Shown one piece after another: positions 1 through 8,092 of a stretch of 64,000 bases of DNA. Source of the stretch: a virus (lineage: Duplodnaviria; Caudoviricetes); IMG/VR virus record IMGVR_UViG_3300038393_002209, positions 372 through 64,371 of that record; one strand, written 5' to 3'. The notes beneath the pieces were generated by a model. That model saw only the letters and a program-made list of their open reading frames with translations. It had not been told where the DNA came from and did no database searches. The position numbers and the translations under genes were made by a program. The stretch's first letter is position 1. The number at the start of each line of letters is the position of its first letter.

Positions 1-268
1 CGGCGTTGTGGAGGGTCTTCACGACCTCGTAGAGCCGCCTGGCCCGGCCCTCCTCGTCCTGCCAGGCGTCCGCGTTGGCCGCACACTGGGCCTCTCCGGA
101 CGGGTTGTGCTTGAAGGCGTTCTGGCGTCGCTCCTGCCACTCACGCTTCATCCGGCCCGAGTATCCGATCCGCTGGCTGAGGGCCTCCGCGATCGTCCGC
201 AGGTCCCCGATGGGCAGGGTGGCCAGGTCGGTCCTCGCCTCCTCGATCTGTTCGGCTTGGTCCGTCAT
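1..268 (-). CDS. hypothetical protein, partial (runs off left edge)
   Basis: ATG at 268 (MTDQAEQIEEARTDLATL...), open to the window edge, co-directional with neighbours. Confidence 0.5.
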   Translation of the reverse strand, partial: MTDQAEQIEEARTDLATLPIGDLRTIAEALSQRIGYSGRMKREWQERRQNAFKHNPSGEAQCAANADAWQDEEGRARRLYEVVKTLHNA

Positions 269-294
269 CGGAGTGTCACTCCCCAAAAAATGAT

Positions 295-534
295 TCAGAC
301 CTGGGCGGTTCTGGCGTACTTGCGGAACATCATGGTCGAGATGAAACGCTCCTGGCCGTCCTGGAGCACCGACACCAGGGACGAGCCCCGGCCGTTGACC
401 TCGTGGATCTCGGCGTCGTCCGACCCGCCCTGGAGGGCTAGGCTCCAGCGTGCAAGGCGTACCGCCGCGGGGTAACTCTCGATGCCGCCGCGGTCGTAAG
501 TCGGCGAGTCCGGGAAGTGGACCTTGAACGTCAT
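295..534 (-). CDS. small hypothetical early protein
   Basis: MTFKVHFPDSPTYD..., GGAGG RBS and a consensus promoter directly upstream. Confidence 0.65.
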   Translation of the reverse strand: MTFKVHFPDSPTYDRGGIESYPAAVRLARWSLALQGGSDDAEIHEVNGRGSSLVSVLQDGQERFISTMMFRKYARTAQV

Positions 535-576
535 CGCGGGGCCTCCTGGTCTGGGTTGCGTCCGTCCGACAGGGGT

Positions 577-604
577 ATTATACGAGTTGACTACCACAGA
601 TCAA
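577..604 (-). promoter_or_regulatory. sigma70-type promoter TTGATC-16-TATAAT
   Basis: Minus strand reads TTGATC tgtggtagtcaactcg TATAAT; near-identical copy at 2009-2036. Confidence 0.75.
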
Positions 605-906
605 GCGAGTGCTGGAATTTTCCTGGAATAGTCGCAAGCCTCACGCCCGCGGTAGCTTGGGAAGTCGTCGCAGGTCGGGGCCTGGGTCGGCATCATGCGG
701 TAGATGGCGTCCTCGGCCGCGCGGATGGCCTCGGACCGGGTCTTCGAGCGGCCGTGGGCCGGCATCTCGCAGGAGTCGACGTAGCGGAAGACCCGCCACG
801 CCACGTTGCCGCCCGGGACGAGCCGCTCCAGCTCGACCAGGAGGTTGACGCAGCCGATCGTCAGCCTGGCACGCTCGAACTCATTCTCATTCGAGAACTC
901 GAACAC
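601..906 (-). CDS. hypothetical protein
   Basis: 101-aa ORF with normal composition and AGGAGG RBS. Confidence 0.6.
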   Translation of the reverse strand: MFEFSNENEFERARLTIGCVNLLVELERLVPGGNVAWRVFRYVDSCEMPAHGRSKTRSEAIRAAEDAIYRMMPTQAPTCDDFPSYRGREACDYSRKIPALA

Positions 907-921
907 AGCAACACCTCCTGG

Positions 922-1092
922 TCAGTTGGACTCCGCCTCTTCCTTCGCCTCCGCCCTGCCCTTCTCGTCCAGACTCCTCCGCCGCTCCCGGGTCCGATCG
1001 ACCTCGTGGCCGCAGTCGCGGCAGAGCATCCGGTTCGTGGCCGCCACCTGCATGGGGCGGACCATCTCGCCGCCGCACTCGGGGCACTTCAT
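922..1092 (-). CDS. small Zn-ribbon protein
   Basis: MKCPECGGEMV...NRMLCRDCGHE, two CxxC pairs. Confidence 0.6.
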   Translation of the reverse strand: MKCPECGGEMVRPMQVAATNRMLCRDCGHEVDRTRERRRSLDEKGRAEAKEEAESN

Positions 1093-1310
1093 GGGATGCA
1101 CTCCATCCTGTTGACCGCGGCCTCCGCCTCGTAACGACGGTGGCATCGGTCGCACAACGCGGCGGTCGGCGGCTCGCCCTTCCCCTCGGGCCAGGACTCG
1201 CGGCCATCCCCCACCCGTTCCCCGCAGGCCGCCCTCCGCGAGTCGGGCGACTCGACCGCGTGGAGGAGCGTCGGATTCCAGGCGCCGTTCCACCACCAGA
1301 TCCACCGCAT
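1089..1310 (-). CDS. small hypothetical protein (Cys/His-containing)
   Basis: 73-aa ORF, start/stop coupled to both neighbours. Confidence 0.5.
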   Translation of the reverse strand: MRWIWWWNGAWNPTLLHAVESPDSRRAACGERVGDGRESWPEGKGEPPTAALCDRCHRRYEAEAAVNRMECIP

Positions 1311-1558
1311 CAGGCACTCTCTTTCCTGGAAAGGTGGTCGTCGAACGCCTCGCGGCAGTCCCGCCCGTCGATGTAGCCCTGGTCGAACTCGGCCCGGTCG
1401 CCGTAGTAGGCCCGGAGAACCTCCGCGGCCAGCTCCGGCGCGTACTGACGGAGGTATCCGGCCGCCCAGCCCTGGACGTAGCTCATGCTCATCCGCGGGG
1501 CCTCGGCCTGGTCGCCGCGGATCATCGCCAAGAACAACTCCGGCGTGAACCTGCTCAT
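1310..1558 (-). CDS. hypothetical protein
   Basis: MSRFTPELFLAMIRG..., coupled to neighbours. Confidence 0.6.
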   Translation of the reverse strand: MSRFTPELFLAMIRGDQAEAPRMSMSYVQGWAAGYLRQYAPELAAEVLRAYYGDRAEFDQGYIDGRDCREAFDDHLSRKESA

Positions 1559-1560
1559 GG

Positions 1561-1758
1561 TCACTTCCCCCTCTTGACCCGGACCACGTTGGTGCCGTCC
1601 GCGATGGCCGGCGTGCCGTACTTGCCGCCCATGTTGAGGACCCAGCCGGCCGGCCCCTTCATCACCGCCCGGCCCGTCGAGGACTGGCCGAACCGGTTCA
1701 CGATGGTCACGCGGTCGCCCGCCTTGATGCCGTCCGCCAGGTTGAGCTGCTGACCCAT
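1561..1758 (-). CDS. small beta-rich hypothetical protein
   Basis: 65-aa ORF IKAGDRVTIVNRFGQSSTGRAV (SH3/KOW-like look). Confidence 0.6.
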   Translation of the reverse strand: MGQQLNLADGIKAGDRVTIVNRFGQSSTGRAVMKGPAGWVLNMGGKYGTPAIADGTNVVRVKRGK

Positions 1759-1770
1759 CGCCGTGCCCCT

Positions 1771-1968
1771 TTAGACCGTGGCCTCTCGACCGCAACCCAG
1801 GCAGACCATGCGGTTCTGCCACGTCGGCTTGCCCTCGTGGACCATCTCGCCGCCGCACTCGAAGCACGTCGGCTTGCCGCCACGCCAGACCGCCAGGGTC
1901 CGGCCCGGCCTGGGCTTCCTGGCCCGCCTGCGGGCCGGCTTCTTGTCGCGCATCGCATCCATCTCCAC
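1771..1968 (-). CDS. small Zn-ribbon protein (paralogue of 922-1092)
   Basis: CFECGGEMV...NRMVCLGCGRE. Confidence 0.6.
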   Translation of the reverse strand: MEMDAMRDKKPARRRARKPRPGRTLAVWRGGKPTCFECGGEMVHEGKPTWQNRMVCLGCGREATV

Positions 1969-2008
1969 TGGTCAACCGATCGCTTGAGCGTCCGCCGCCC
2001 GTGGGGGT

Positions 2009-2036
2009 ATTATACGAGTTGGCTACCATGCGTCAA
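2009..2036 (-). promoter_or_regulatory. sigma70-type promoter TTGACG-16-TATAAT
   Basis: Minus strand reads TTGACG catggtagccaactcg TATAAT. Confidence 0.8.
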
Positions 2037-2171
2037 GGGTCGACTGGAAATTCGTAGGAAGACAACTGGTGGGAACGGCGGCAACCCGAGCCGCCGCCCC
2101 GGCTTGGGCGTCGCCTAGGCGCCACGATTCCCCTGGTCAAGACCCCGGAGTCCCGGGGAGGGAGTGTCCCG

Positions 2172-2894
2172 ATGGCCGTCGAGGATGTCCGCCCCTGGGA
2201 CCGTCGCCCGGATGAGTCCGAGGGTGCCTATCGCACCTTCCTCGTGTACCTCAAGCTCGGTCCGACCCGGACCTTCCGGAAGGCCCAGCTCCGCCTCCGG
2301 AAGATCCACGCCAGGGCCGAGAATTCGGGTTCCCAGACCGAGAACTCTGGTGCTCAGTCCGCGAACGAGGGTGCTCAGAAACGGGGCCAGGTCTCGGCCA
2401 GTGGGCATGTCAATTCCCTGGCATCACGATATGCCTGGACCGAGCGGGCTCGTGCCTACGACGATCACATTCTGATGCGTCGGAGGGAGGAGGAGGCCCG
2501 GCTGATGGAGCAGGACATCGCCCTGGGGCTGATGCGGCGTCGCCTGTCGCGGGGCCGGAACTGGAAGCTGGCCACGGCGTTCCTGAAGAAGATCAATGAG
2601 ATGATGGCCAAGGGGGGGACGCCCATCCGGGACGACAACGGCCAGCCGCTCAAGGACAAGGACGGCAACGTCCTGATCGAGCCCTGGGCTCCCAAGGACT
2701 TGCGGGAGCTGGGCATCCTGGCGGACCGCCTCGGGATGGTCGAGGAGCGGGCGTTCAAGGGCCTGCCCGAGGAGGGGATGGACGCCGCCATGACGAAGGT
2801 GGGGGAGGGGCTGGCCCGGGCCTTCGACCAGTTCCGCCGCAACCAGCACCTGGCCGACGAGGGGATCGACCCGGGGCTGATCGAGGGGCTGTGA
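2172..2894 (+). CDS. putative terminase small subunit / packaging DNA-binding protein
   Basis: PWDRRPDESEGAYRTFLVYLKLGPTR...YAWTERARAYD resembles a common phage TerS-like N-terminus; helical C-terminus; lies upstream of TerL. Confidence 0.5.
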   Translation: MAVEDVRPWDRRPDESEGAYRTFLVYLKLGPTRTFRKAQLRLRKIHARAENSGSQTENSGAQSANEGAQKRGQVSASGHVNSLASRYAWTERARAYDDHILMRRREEEARLMEQDIALGLMRRRLSRGRNWKLATAFLKKINEMMAKGGTPIRDDNGQPLKDKDGNVLIEPWAPKDLRELGILADRLGMVEERAFKGLPEEGMDAAMTKVGEGLARAFDQFRRNQHLADEGIDPGLIEGL

Positions 2895-2920
2895 GGGGCC
2901 ATCCCGGCCTGCCAGGCAGT

Positions 2921-2933
2921 GGAAACCGTTACC
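2921..2933. promoter_or_regulatory. 13-bp dispersed palindrome, copy 1
   Basis: GGAAACCGTTACC; abuts terminator. Confidence 0.8.
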
Positions 2934-2958
2934 ACCCCGGGGCGACCCGGGGTGTTTT
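2933..2958 (+). terminator. intrinsic terminator
   Basis: CACCCCGGG-GCGA-CCCGGGGTG followed by TTTT. Confidence 0.8.
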
Positions 2959-3045
2959 CGTTTCCATAAGCGTCCGCTGATCCCAGCGGTGGGTACGGAA
3001 TCCCCGTCTCCAACGGGGAATCTTCCCGGGCGGTCCCTGCGGGGA

Positions 3046-3091
3046 CCATTCAGATCCGGCCCGGCGTCGGGCCTCCATTCAGATCCGGCCC
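3046..3091. repeat. 17-bp direct repeat x2
   Basis: CCATTCAGATCCGGCCC at 3046-3062 and 3075-3091. Confidence 0.85.
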
Positions 3092-3369
3092 TTTGGGGCC
3101 TCCATCCGGAGTCGGTCTTCGGATCGAACGTTCGATCCTACGCCCGGATCTTCCTTCGTCTTCGACTCAGTCCAGAAGGTACACCTGCTACGAACCTCGG
3201 GAACCGGTTTACGGTGTTACGCATCAATGCGTAGTGCATGCGTATGACCGAAGTCGTTGCGGCCCCGGGGGCAAAGAATTTGTATAAAACTTGGCTGATT
3301 CGGTAGATTATCGGACGTTGCAAGACATGGTGTCTGACCATTTGGGGGCCGGATCGGGCCACGCGCTCC

Positions 3370-3410
3370 CAAAAACGGGGGCCTCGCGTGGGTCTCAAAA
3401 ACGGGGGCCT
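3370..3410. repeat. 15-bp direct repeat x2
   Basis: CAAAAACGGGGGCCT at 3370-3384 and 3396-3410. Confidence 0.85.
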
Positions 3411-3768
3411 TGAGTCACGGGCGGACGCACGCACGCGGGCACGGGCGGGCACGCGGGAACGCATCCATGCACGCATGCATGACTGGTTCGATGGACCGGC
3501 CCGGGTCGGCGGCCTCGCTCCGCTCATTTCAGTCTAGTCTGAACGGACCGTCAAGACAAGCGGGACCGTCCAAACTGGCCGATCGGACGGCCGGCCGGCG
3601 CCGGCCCTCTTGACGGAACCCGAGACGGGGCTTGACTCGCCTGTTGTCCCGCGTCCCAAGTGTCCCAACGGCCCTTCTTGTCCCATCAGACAAGTCGCAT
3701 ACGGCGTGGCGCGCAACGACTTGCGTCCGTTCCGACCAGCGTTCCACCACGATTTTTCCAGCGTCCGC

Positions 3769-3796
3769 TTGACGACCAGTGCAGTGGAGCTATACT
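3769..3796 (+). promoter_or_regulatory. sigma70-type promoter TTGACG-16-TATACT
   Basis: Consensus hexamers, followed by palindrome GGCCGGAC-G-GTCCGGCC at 3806-3822. Confidence 0.75.
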
Positions 3797-3856
3797 GGTG
3801 GTGTCGGCCGGACGGTCCGGCCCATGTGGAAGCCAACGCGGAGCGGAGTCAGAGCC

Positions 3857-4903
3857 ATGCGGACGATCGAGACGGGAACCCTGACGGTCAAGGTGGACGG
3901 CCGGCCCTACGCGACCTGCAACACGGCCCATCGTGCGGCCCTCGCCTACCTCCAAGCCAATGACCCGGATGGCACGTTGGTCATCCGCATGGTGGAGACG
4001 AACGGCGGATGGGGGTTCATGCTGATCGACTCCGCCCCGGCCGGCCCGGCCATCGTTATCGATCCGGCCGACGACGACGCCATCCCGGACGTCAAGCGGC
4101 CCGCGACCGTTGACGAGACGCTGGCCGCGGAGGCGGAGGCGGAGGCCAAGCGAGCCAAGGGGCGGGAACGCTACGCGGCCCGCAAGCGGTCGGCCCTCGC
4201 CCGGATCGTGGCCACCGTCAAGGCGGAGTCCGAGACGGCCGTTGCCGTGGCCGAACCCGCCCGGACCGTTCCCCGCGGTTGGGACGTCATCGAACCCGAG
4301 CCGACCGACGACGACGGGCCGGCCGACGCCAAGATGAGCGGCAACGCGGTCCGCATCCTCCGGACGTACTACGCGGCCACTCCGGAGGAGATGGCGGAGG
4401 GGATGACGTGGTACAGGACCGCCGCCCAGGAGATTCGGCGGAGGCTCGTGCCGCTCGGTGTCACGTTCCGCCAAGCGTGCGGCATCGTGGCCGCTCTCTC
4501 GCCGCAGACGCCGTGGGCACGGAACATCCTGTACGCGGAACGGTGCTGCCGTGGGGAGAACACTCCAGCCACGGGGGACCGCCGTAGGCTGGCCGAGTCC
4601 ATCCGGGATGGGGCCGATCCGGTCAAGGTCGTCAAGGGACTGAAGACGGGCGAGTTCCTGGCGTGCCTCCTCGACCAGAGGACCGACCGCGTTTGCATCG
4701 ACGGCCATGCATATAGCATATGGGTCGGGCGTCGGATCGAGACGTCCAAGGTCCCCACCCTCCGGGCCTCGGACCACGCCATCATCCGGGAGGACTACCA
4801 ATCGGCCGCCTACGCGGCCGGGGTCCGGCCCCACCAGATGCAGGCGATCACATGGCTGGCGTGGCGGCGCCTGCACGCGGTCCGTCGGGACCGGCCCCAG
4901 TGA
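3857..4903 (+). CDS. phage protein with C-terminal HhH/DNA-glycosylase-like fold domain (DUF7178-like)
   Basis: GMTWY...GIVAALSPQTPWARN...VCIDGH...QMQAITW motif set; GGAG RBS supports ATG 3857. Confidence 0.5.
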   Translation: MRTIETGTLTVKVDGRPYATCNTAHRAALAYLQANDPDGTLVIRMVETNGGWGFMLIDSAPAGPAIVIDPADDDAIPDVKRPATVDETLAAEAEAEAKRAKGRERYAARKRSALARIVATVKAESETAVAVAEPARTVPRGWDVIEPEPTDDDGPADAKMSGNAVRILRTYYAATPEEMAEGMTWYRTAAQEIRRRLVPLGVTFRQACGIVAALSPQTPWARNILYAERCCRGENTPATGDRRRLAESIRDGADPVKVVKGLKTGEFLACLLDQRTDRVCIDGHAYSIWVGRRIETSKVPTLRASDHAIIREDYQSAAYAAGVRPHQMQAITWLAWRRLHAVRRDRPQ

Positions 4904-4928
4904 TGCATTTTTGCTACATGGTAGCGAC

Positions 4929-4956
4929 TTGACTACTAGTCGGCCGATGCTACAAT
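4929..4956 (+). promoter_or_regulatory. sigma70-type promoter TTGACT-16-TACAAT
   Basis: Consensus hexamers, followed by palindrome CCTCGCGGGAC-G-GTCCCGCGAGG at 4965-4987. Confidence 0.75.
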
Positions 4957-5026
4957 TGAGCAAGCCTCGCGGGACGGTCCCGCGAGGGTCGGAAGCCAGA
5001 GCGAACGAACGAACGGAGCCAGAGCC

Positions 5027-6034
5027 ATGCGAACCGTCCTGCGATCCCGCGATGAGGTCTGCCACGTCTGGGCGAGCCAGAGCCAGAGCCACGGCCGGAA
5101 CAGCCAAGGGTCCCTGTCGTTCGACGGGCCGGACCTCATCAGCTACTCGACCCGCGTCGCGTCCATCCGGACGGACGTCAACGGCCGGACCGTCGTGCTG
5201 ACGAGCGGCCATCGCTACTCCGTCACGACGTCGGGCCAACTGACCGCCGCATGGCGTGCCACTCGGCATCTCGACCATCTGACCGTGCCCACGCTGGACG
5301 GGTCCCGTTACGACTCCGCCGAAGGCATCCGGGAACGCTGGTCGGCCGACATCAGCGACGCCGCGGAGTCCGTCCGCACGGCCCGGAACAAGGTGAGCCG
5401 GGCCAAGCGATGGCGTGCCTACCTCGCCCGGGTCGACTCCGCCAACGTCTTCTGTGTCCGGTTCGGCGTGCCCACGTTCGCGGTCCCCGAGACGGACGCC
5501 GACATGGCCGAGTCCATCGCGGCTATGGAGTCCCGCGAGTACGCTCTGGCCGAGCAAGCCAGGGAGCGGCGTGTTCAGTACGTGGCCCAGTTGGAGGCGG
5601 AGGCTCTGGCCGTGGCGGAGGCATGGAAGGCCGGCCGCTCCCATCAGCGGCCCGTGGGCCTCCGCCAAGCCTACATGCGTCTCACTCCGGACGGCCGGAC
5701 CGTGCAGACGTCCCAAGGGGCGGATGTCCCCGCGGCCCACGTCCGTCGGCTCGTCCCATTCGTGCTCAACCTCGTCCGCTCCGGCGAGGGATGGACCGCC
5801 GACGACAACCGGCCCGTGCGGTTCGGCCCGTTCACCCTCCGGTCGGTCGACTGGGATGGGACGGTTCGCGTCGGCTGTCACGAGTTCAGCCGGGATGAGA
5901 TCGAGCGGTTCGCGGTCGTGCTCAACCAGAGCGGCCCCATCGGTGCGGAGGCCGGCCCGGTCGAGTCCGGCCCGGCCGATCCGGACCGCATGCCATCAGG
6001 GATCACCGATGTCTTCGAGGCACTGGGCGTCTGA
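5027..6034 (+). CDS. conserved-looking hypothetical phage early protein
   Basis: 335-aa ORF (HVWASQSQSHGRN...YSVTTS...QTSQGADVP...VRVGCHEF); own promoter, RBS and downstream hairpin. Confidence 0.7.
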   Translation: MRTVLRSRDEVCHVWASQSQSHGRNSQGSLSFDGPDLISYSTRVASIRTDVNGRTVVLTSGHRYSVTTSGQLTAAWRATRHLDHLTVPTLDGSRYDSAEGIRERWSADISDAAESVRTARNKVSRAKRWRAYLARVDSANVFCVRFGVPTFAVPETDADMAESIAAMESREYALAEQARERRVQYVAQLEAEALAVAEAWKAGRSHQRPVGLRQAYMRLTPDGRTVQTSQGADVPAAHVRRLVPFVLNLVRSGEGWTADDNRPVRFGPFTLRSVDWDGTVRVGCHEFSRDEIERFAVVLNQSGPIGAEAGPVESGPADPDRMPSGITDVFEALGV

Positions 6035-6171
6035 ACACTCCGGGGGGTCGGCCGGCCCGGCCCCCCATCCCATCGACGGGCGTCGATGAAAGCGACGACC
6101 CCATGCATGCACTCGGGGGGCGGCGATGGTCCACGAAAATTTCCCAGTACCCCCTCGTGAGGCCCTCGGGT

Positions 6172-6184
6172 GGTAACGGTTTCC
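6172..6184. promoter_or_regulatory. 13-bp dispersed palindrome, copy 2
   Basis: GGTAACGGTTTCC; 6168-6186 is a perfect 19-bp inverted repeat of 2919-2937. Confidence 0.8.
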
Positions 6185-6449
6185 ACCAGGAAATGCGAAT
6201 CCCACTGATGGTGACATCATAAGGGGGAGGGGCGGCCGGACCCGGGCGGGAGGGGACGGGGACGCACTCCCTATGTTGACTCTCCCGCATTCGCATCCCT
6301 GGATTTCTGGACCCCCCACCCCCTTAGACTCCTAATTATTTCGGGGAAACCGGGCATCGAGAGGCCCCTCCCCTGGCGGAGACGCAAGCACCCGACGCCG
6401 GGTTCGTAGGACGGGCGGGACGCCGAATTCCGGCGTCGAGGACACGCCC

Positions 6450-6794
6450 ATGAAGACCGCGACCCTCAAGACCTCGGACGGCTCACTGACGCCGGAGTGG
6501 ACCCAGGCCCATGAGGCCCAGTGGAAGCCCACGCACGCCGCCCTGGGCTCCCGGGTCTTCATGGAATACCTGCCCCCTACGGGCGTCGATCCGGTCGAGG
6601 GCTGGCGATTCGAGGCCAGGGTGCTCTGGCACGGCCTGGAGTTCCCGATCGGGGGGTTGGTCCACGCGGGGCGGCTCGTCCTGATGCAGCCCGTGGTCGC
6701 CCCCCTGAACTCCGTCGTGGAGATGCAGGAGGGGGGCCGGCGGATGAAGCGGCCCGACGACGTGGTCATCACCGTGCCTGTCCTGGAGGACTGA
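6450..6794 (+). CDS. hypothetical protein
   Basis: 114-aa ORF with genome-typical codons. Confidence 0.65.
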   Translation: MKTATLKTSDGSLTPEWTQAHEAQWKPTHAALGSRVFMEYLPPTGVDPVEGWRFEARVLWHGLEFPIGGLVHAGRLVLMQPVVAPLNSVVEMQEGGRRMKRPDDVVITVPVLED

Positions 6795-7015
6795 TGGCCT
6801 ACTCCGCCTACCCCGTCCGGGTGCTGTCGGTCGAGAACGCCGACTTCGGCGGTCCGGCCGAGGAGGGCTCGCTGGAGGTCGGGACCGAGTGCCTGACGCT
6901 CTGGTTCGAGCTGCTGCCCTCCGGGGAGACCCGGACCGTCGCCATCGACCTCGCACAAGCCCGGGAGCTGGTCGCCATGCTCGCCTCCGCCCTGGAGCGG
7001 GCGAACGACCCCTGA
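6794..7015 (+). CDS. hypothetical protein
   Basis: MAYSAYPVRVLSVENADF..., TGATG coupling. Confidence 0.6.
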   Translation: MAYSAYPVRVLSVENADFGGPAEEGSLEVGTECLTLWFELLPSGETRTVAIDLAQARELVAMLASALERANDP

Positions 7016-7028
7016 AGGGAGGACTGAC

Positions 7029-7232
7029 GTGTTCCGACGACTCATCGCCGCCGCCCGGGGGGAGGCCGCCTGGCCGGAGGAGTACCGCAGCCGGGCCGAA
7101 CGCGACCCCGAGCTGCGGGCCGGCATGGAGCGGGCCGAACGCCTGGGCCAGGGCCGCAGGGGGCCGGCCGAGATCCTCATGCTCATCAACCTGATCTGGC
7201 AACTGATCCGGTTGTTCCGCAAGCCGAAGTGA
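7029..7232 (+). CDS. small protein with hydrophobic/amphipathic C-terminus
   Basis: ...EILMLINLIWQLIRLFRKPK; GGAGG RBS. Confidence 0.6.
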   Translation: MFRRLIAAARGEAAWPEEYRSRAERDPELRAGMERAERLGQGRRGPAEILMLINLIWQLIRLFRKPK

Positions 7233-7282
7233 CGCGGGCTCAGGACCCCGAGGACCCGGCCGGAGGCCGCGAGGCATCCCCC

Positions 7283-8092
7283 ATGAAGCGACTGATCCCC
7301 CTGGCCCTGGCCGCCGCCTTCCTGGTCGGGCCGGGCCAGGCCCACACCCTGGGCCAGGACCCGCCGCCGGCCCCCGTGCCGGCCCCATTCGTCCCGCCGG
7401 CCCTCGAAGGGCCGAGCGAGGTCGAGCCGTACCACTTCGTCCTGATGAACCTGACCGGCGGCCCGGTCAAGTGGGTCACTTGGGATATCGAGCCCGCGGA
7501 CGACGACGCCGAGGTGGAGCGGGTGCCCGGCCTGCCGCAGACCACCCTGGCGTTCGTGGCCCCGCCAGGCACCTACAAGGTCGTGGCCTTCGCCACGTCC
7601 CCGGACGGACCGCCCTCGATCCTGCGTCGCAAGGTCACGATCCTCCCGCCGCCCGGACCGCAGCCGCCCCCTCCGCCGCCCGACCCGGCCCCCGGCCCGA
7701 CCCCCGGCCCGACCCCGGGGCCGACCCCGCCCCCGCCCGGTCCGGTGAAGGTGTCCCTGCTGAGGGTGCTCGTGGTCTACGAATCCGGGGCCGTGCTGCC
7801 CAGGGGCCAGGTCGCCGCGATCGGCTCCACGAAGGTCCGGGCGTACCTCGACAAGGTCTGTGCCAAGGACAGCGACAACCGCCCCGCCTGGAGGATCTGG
7901 GACAAGGACATGAACGCCGGCAACGCCTCGGCCTCCTGGCAGGAGGTGTGGGCCACCTACAAGGGCTTCGTGACGAAGTCCGACGTGCCGATGATCGCCG
8001 TCTTCGACGGCTCGAAGATCGTGGCGGTCCGGACCCTGCCGGACGGAGTGGACGAGACCCTGGCCTTCCTCAAGCAGTACGGGGGTGAGTGA
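7283..8092 (+). CDS. exported two-domain protein with Pro-rich linker
   Basis: Signal peptide MKRLIPLALAAAFLVG; (PX)n linker; alpha/beta C-terminal domain. Confidence 0.7.
   Translation: MKRLIPLALAAAFLVGPGQAHTLGQDPPPAPVPAPFVPPALEGPSEVEPYHFVLMNLTGGPVKWVTWDIEPADDDAEVERVPGLPQTTLAFVAPPGTYKVVAFATSPDGPPSILRRKVTILPPPGPQPPPPPPDPAPGPTPGPTPGPTPPPPGPVKVSLLRVLVVYESGAVLPRGQVAAIGSTKVRAYLDKVCAKDSDNRPAWRIWDKDMNAGNASASWQEVWATYKGFVTKSDVPMIAVFDGSKIVAVRTLPDGVDETLAFLKQYGGE

Noticed and set aside
2919-6186. IS element or invertible segment defined by the 19-bp inverted repeat
   Set aside because: No transposase or invertase in or near the segment, and the same sequence core recurs at many other sites (38951, 54440)
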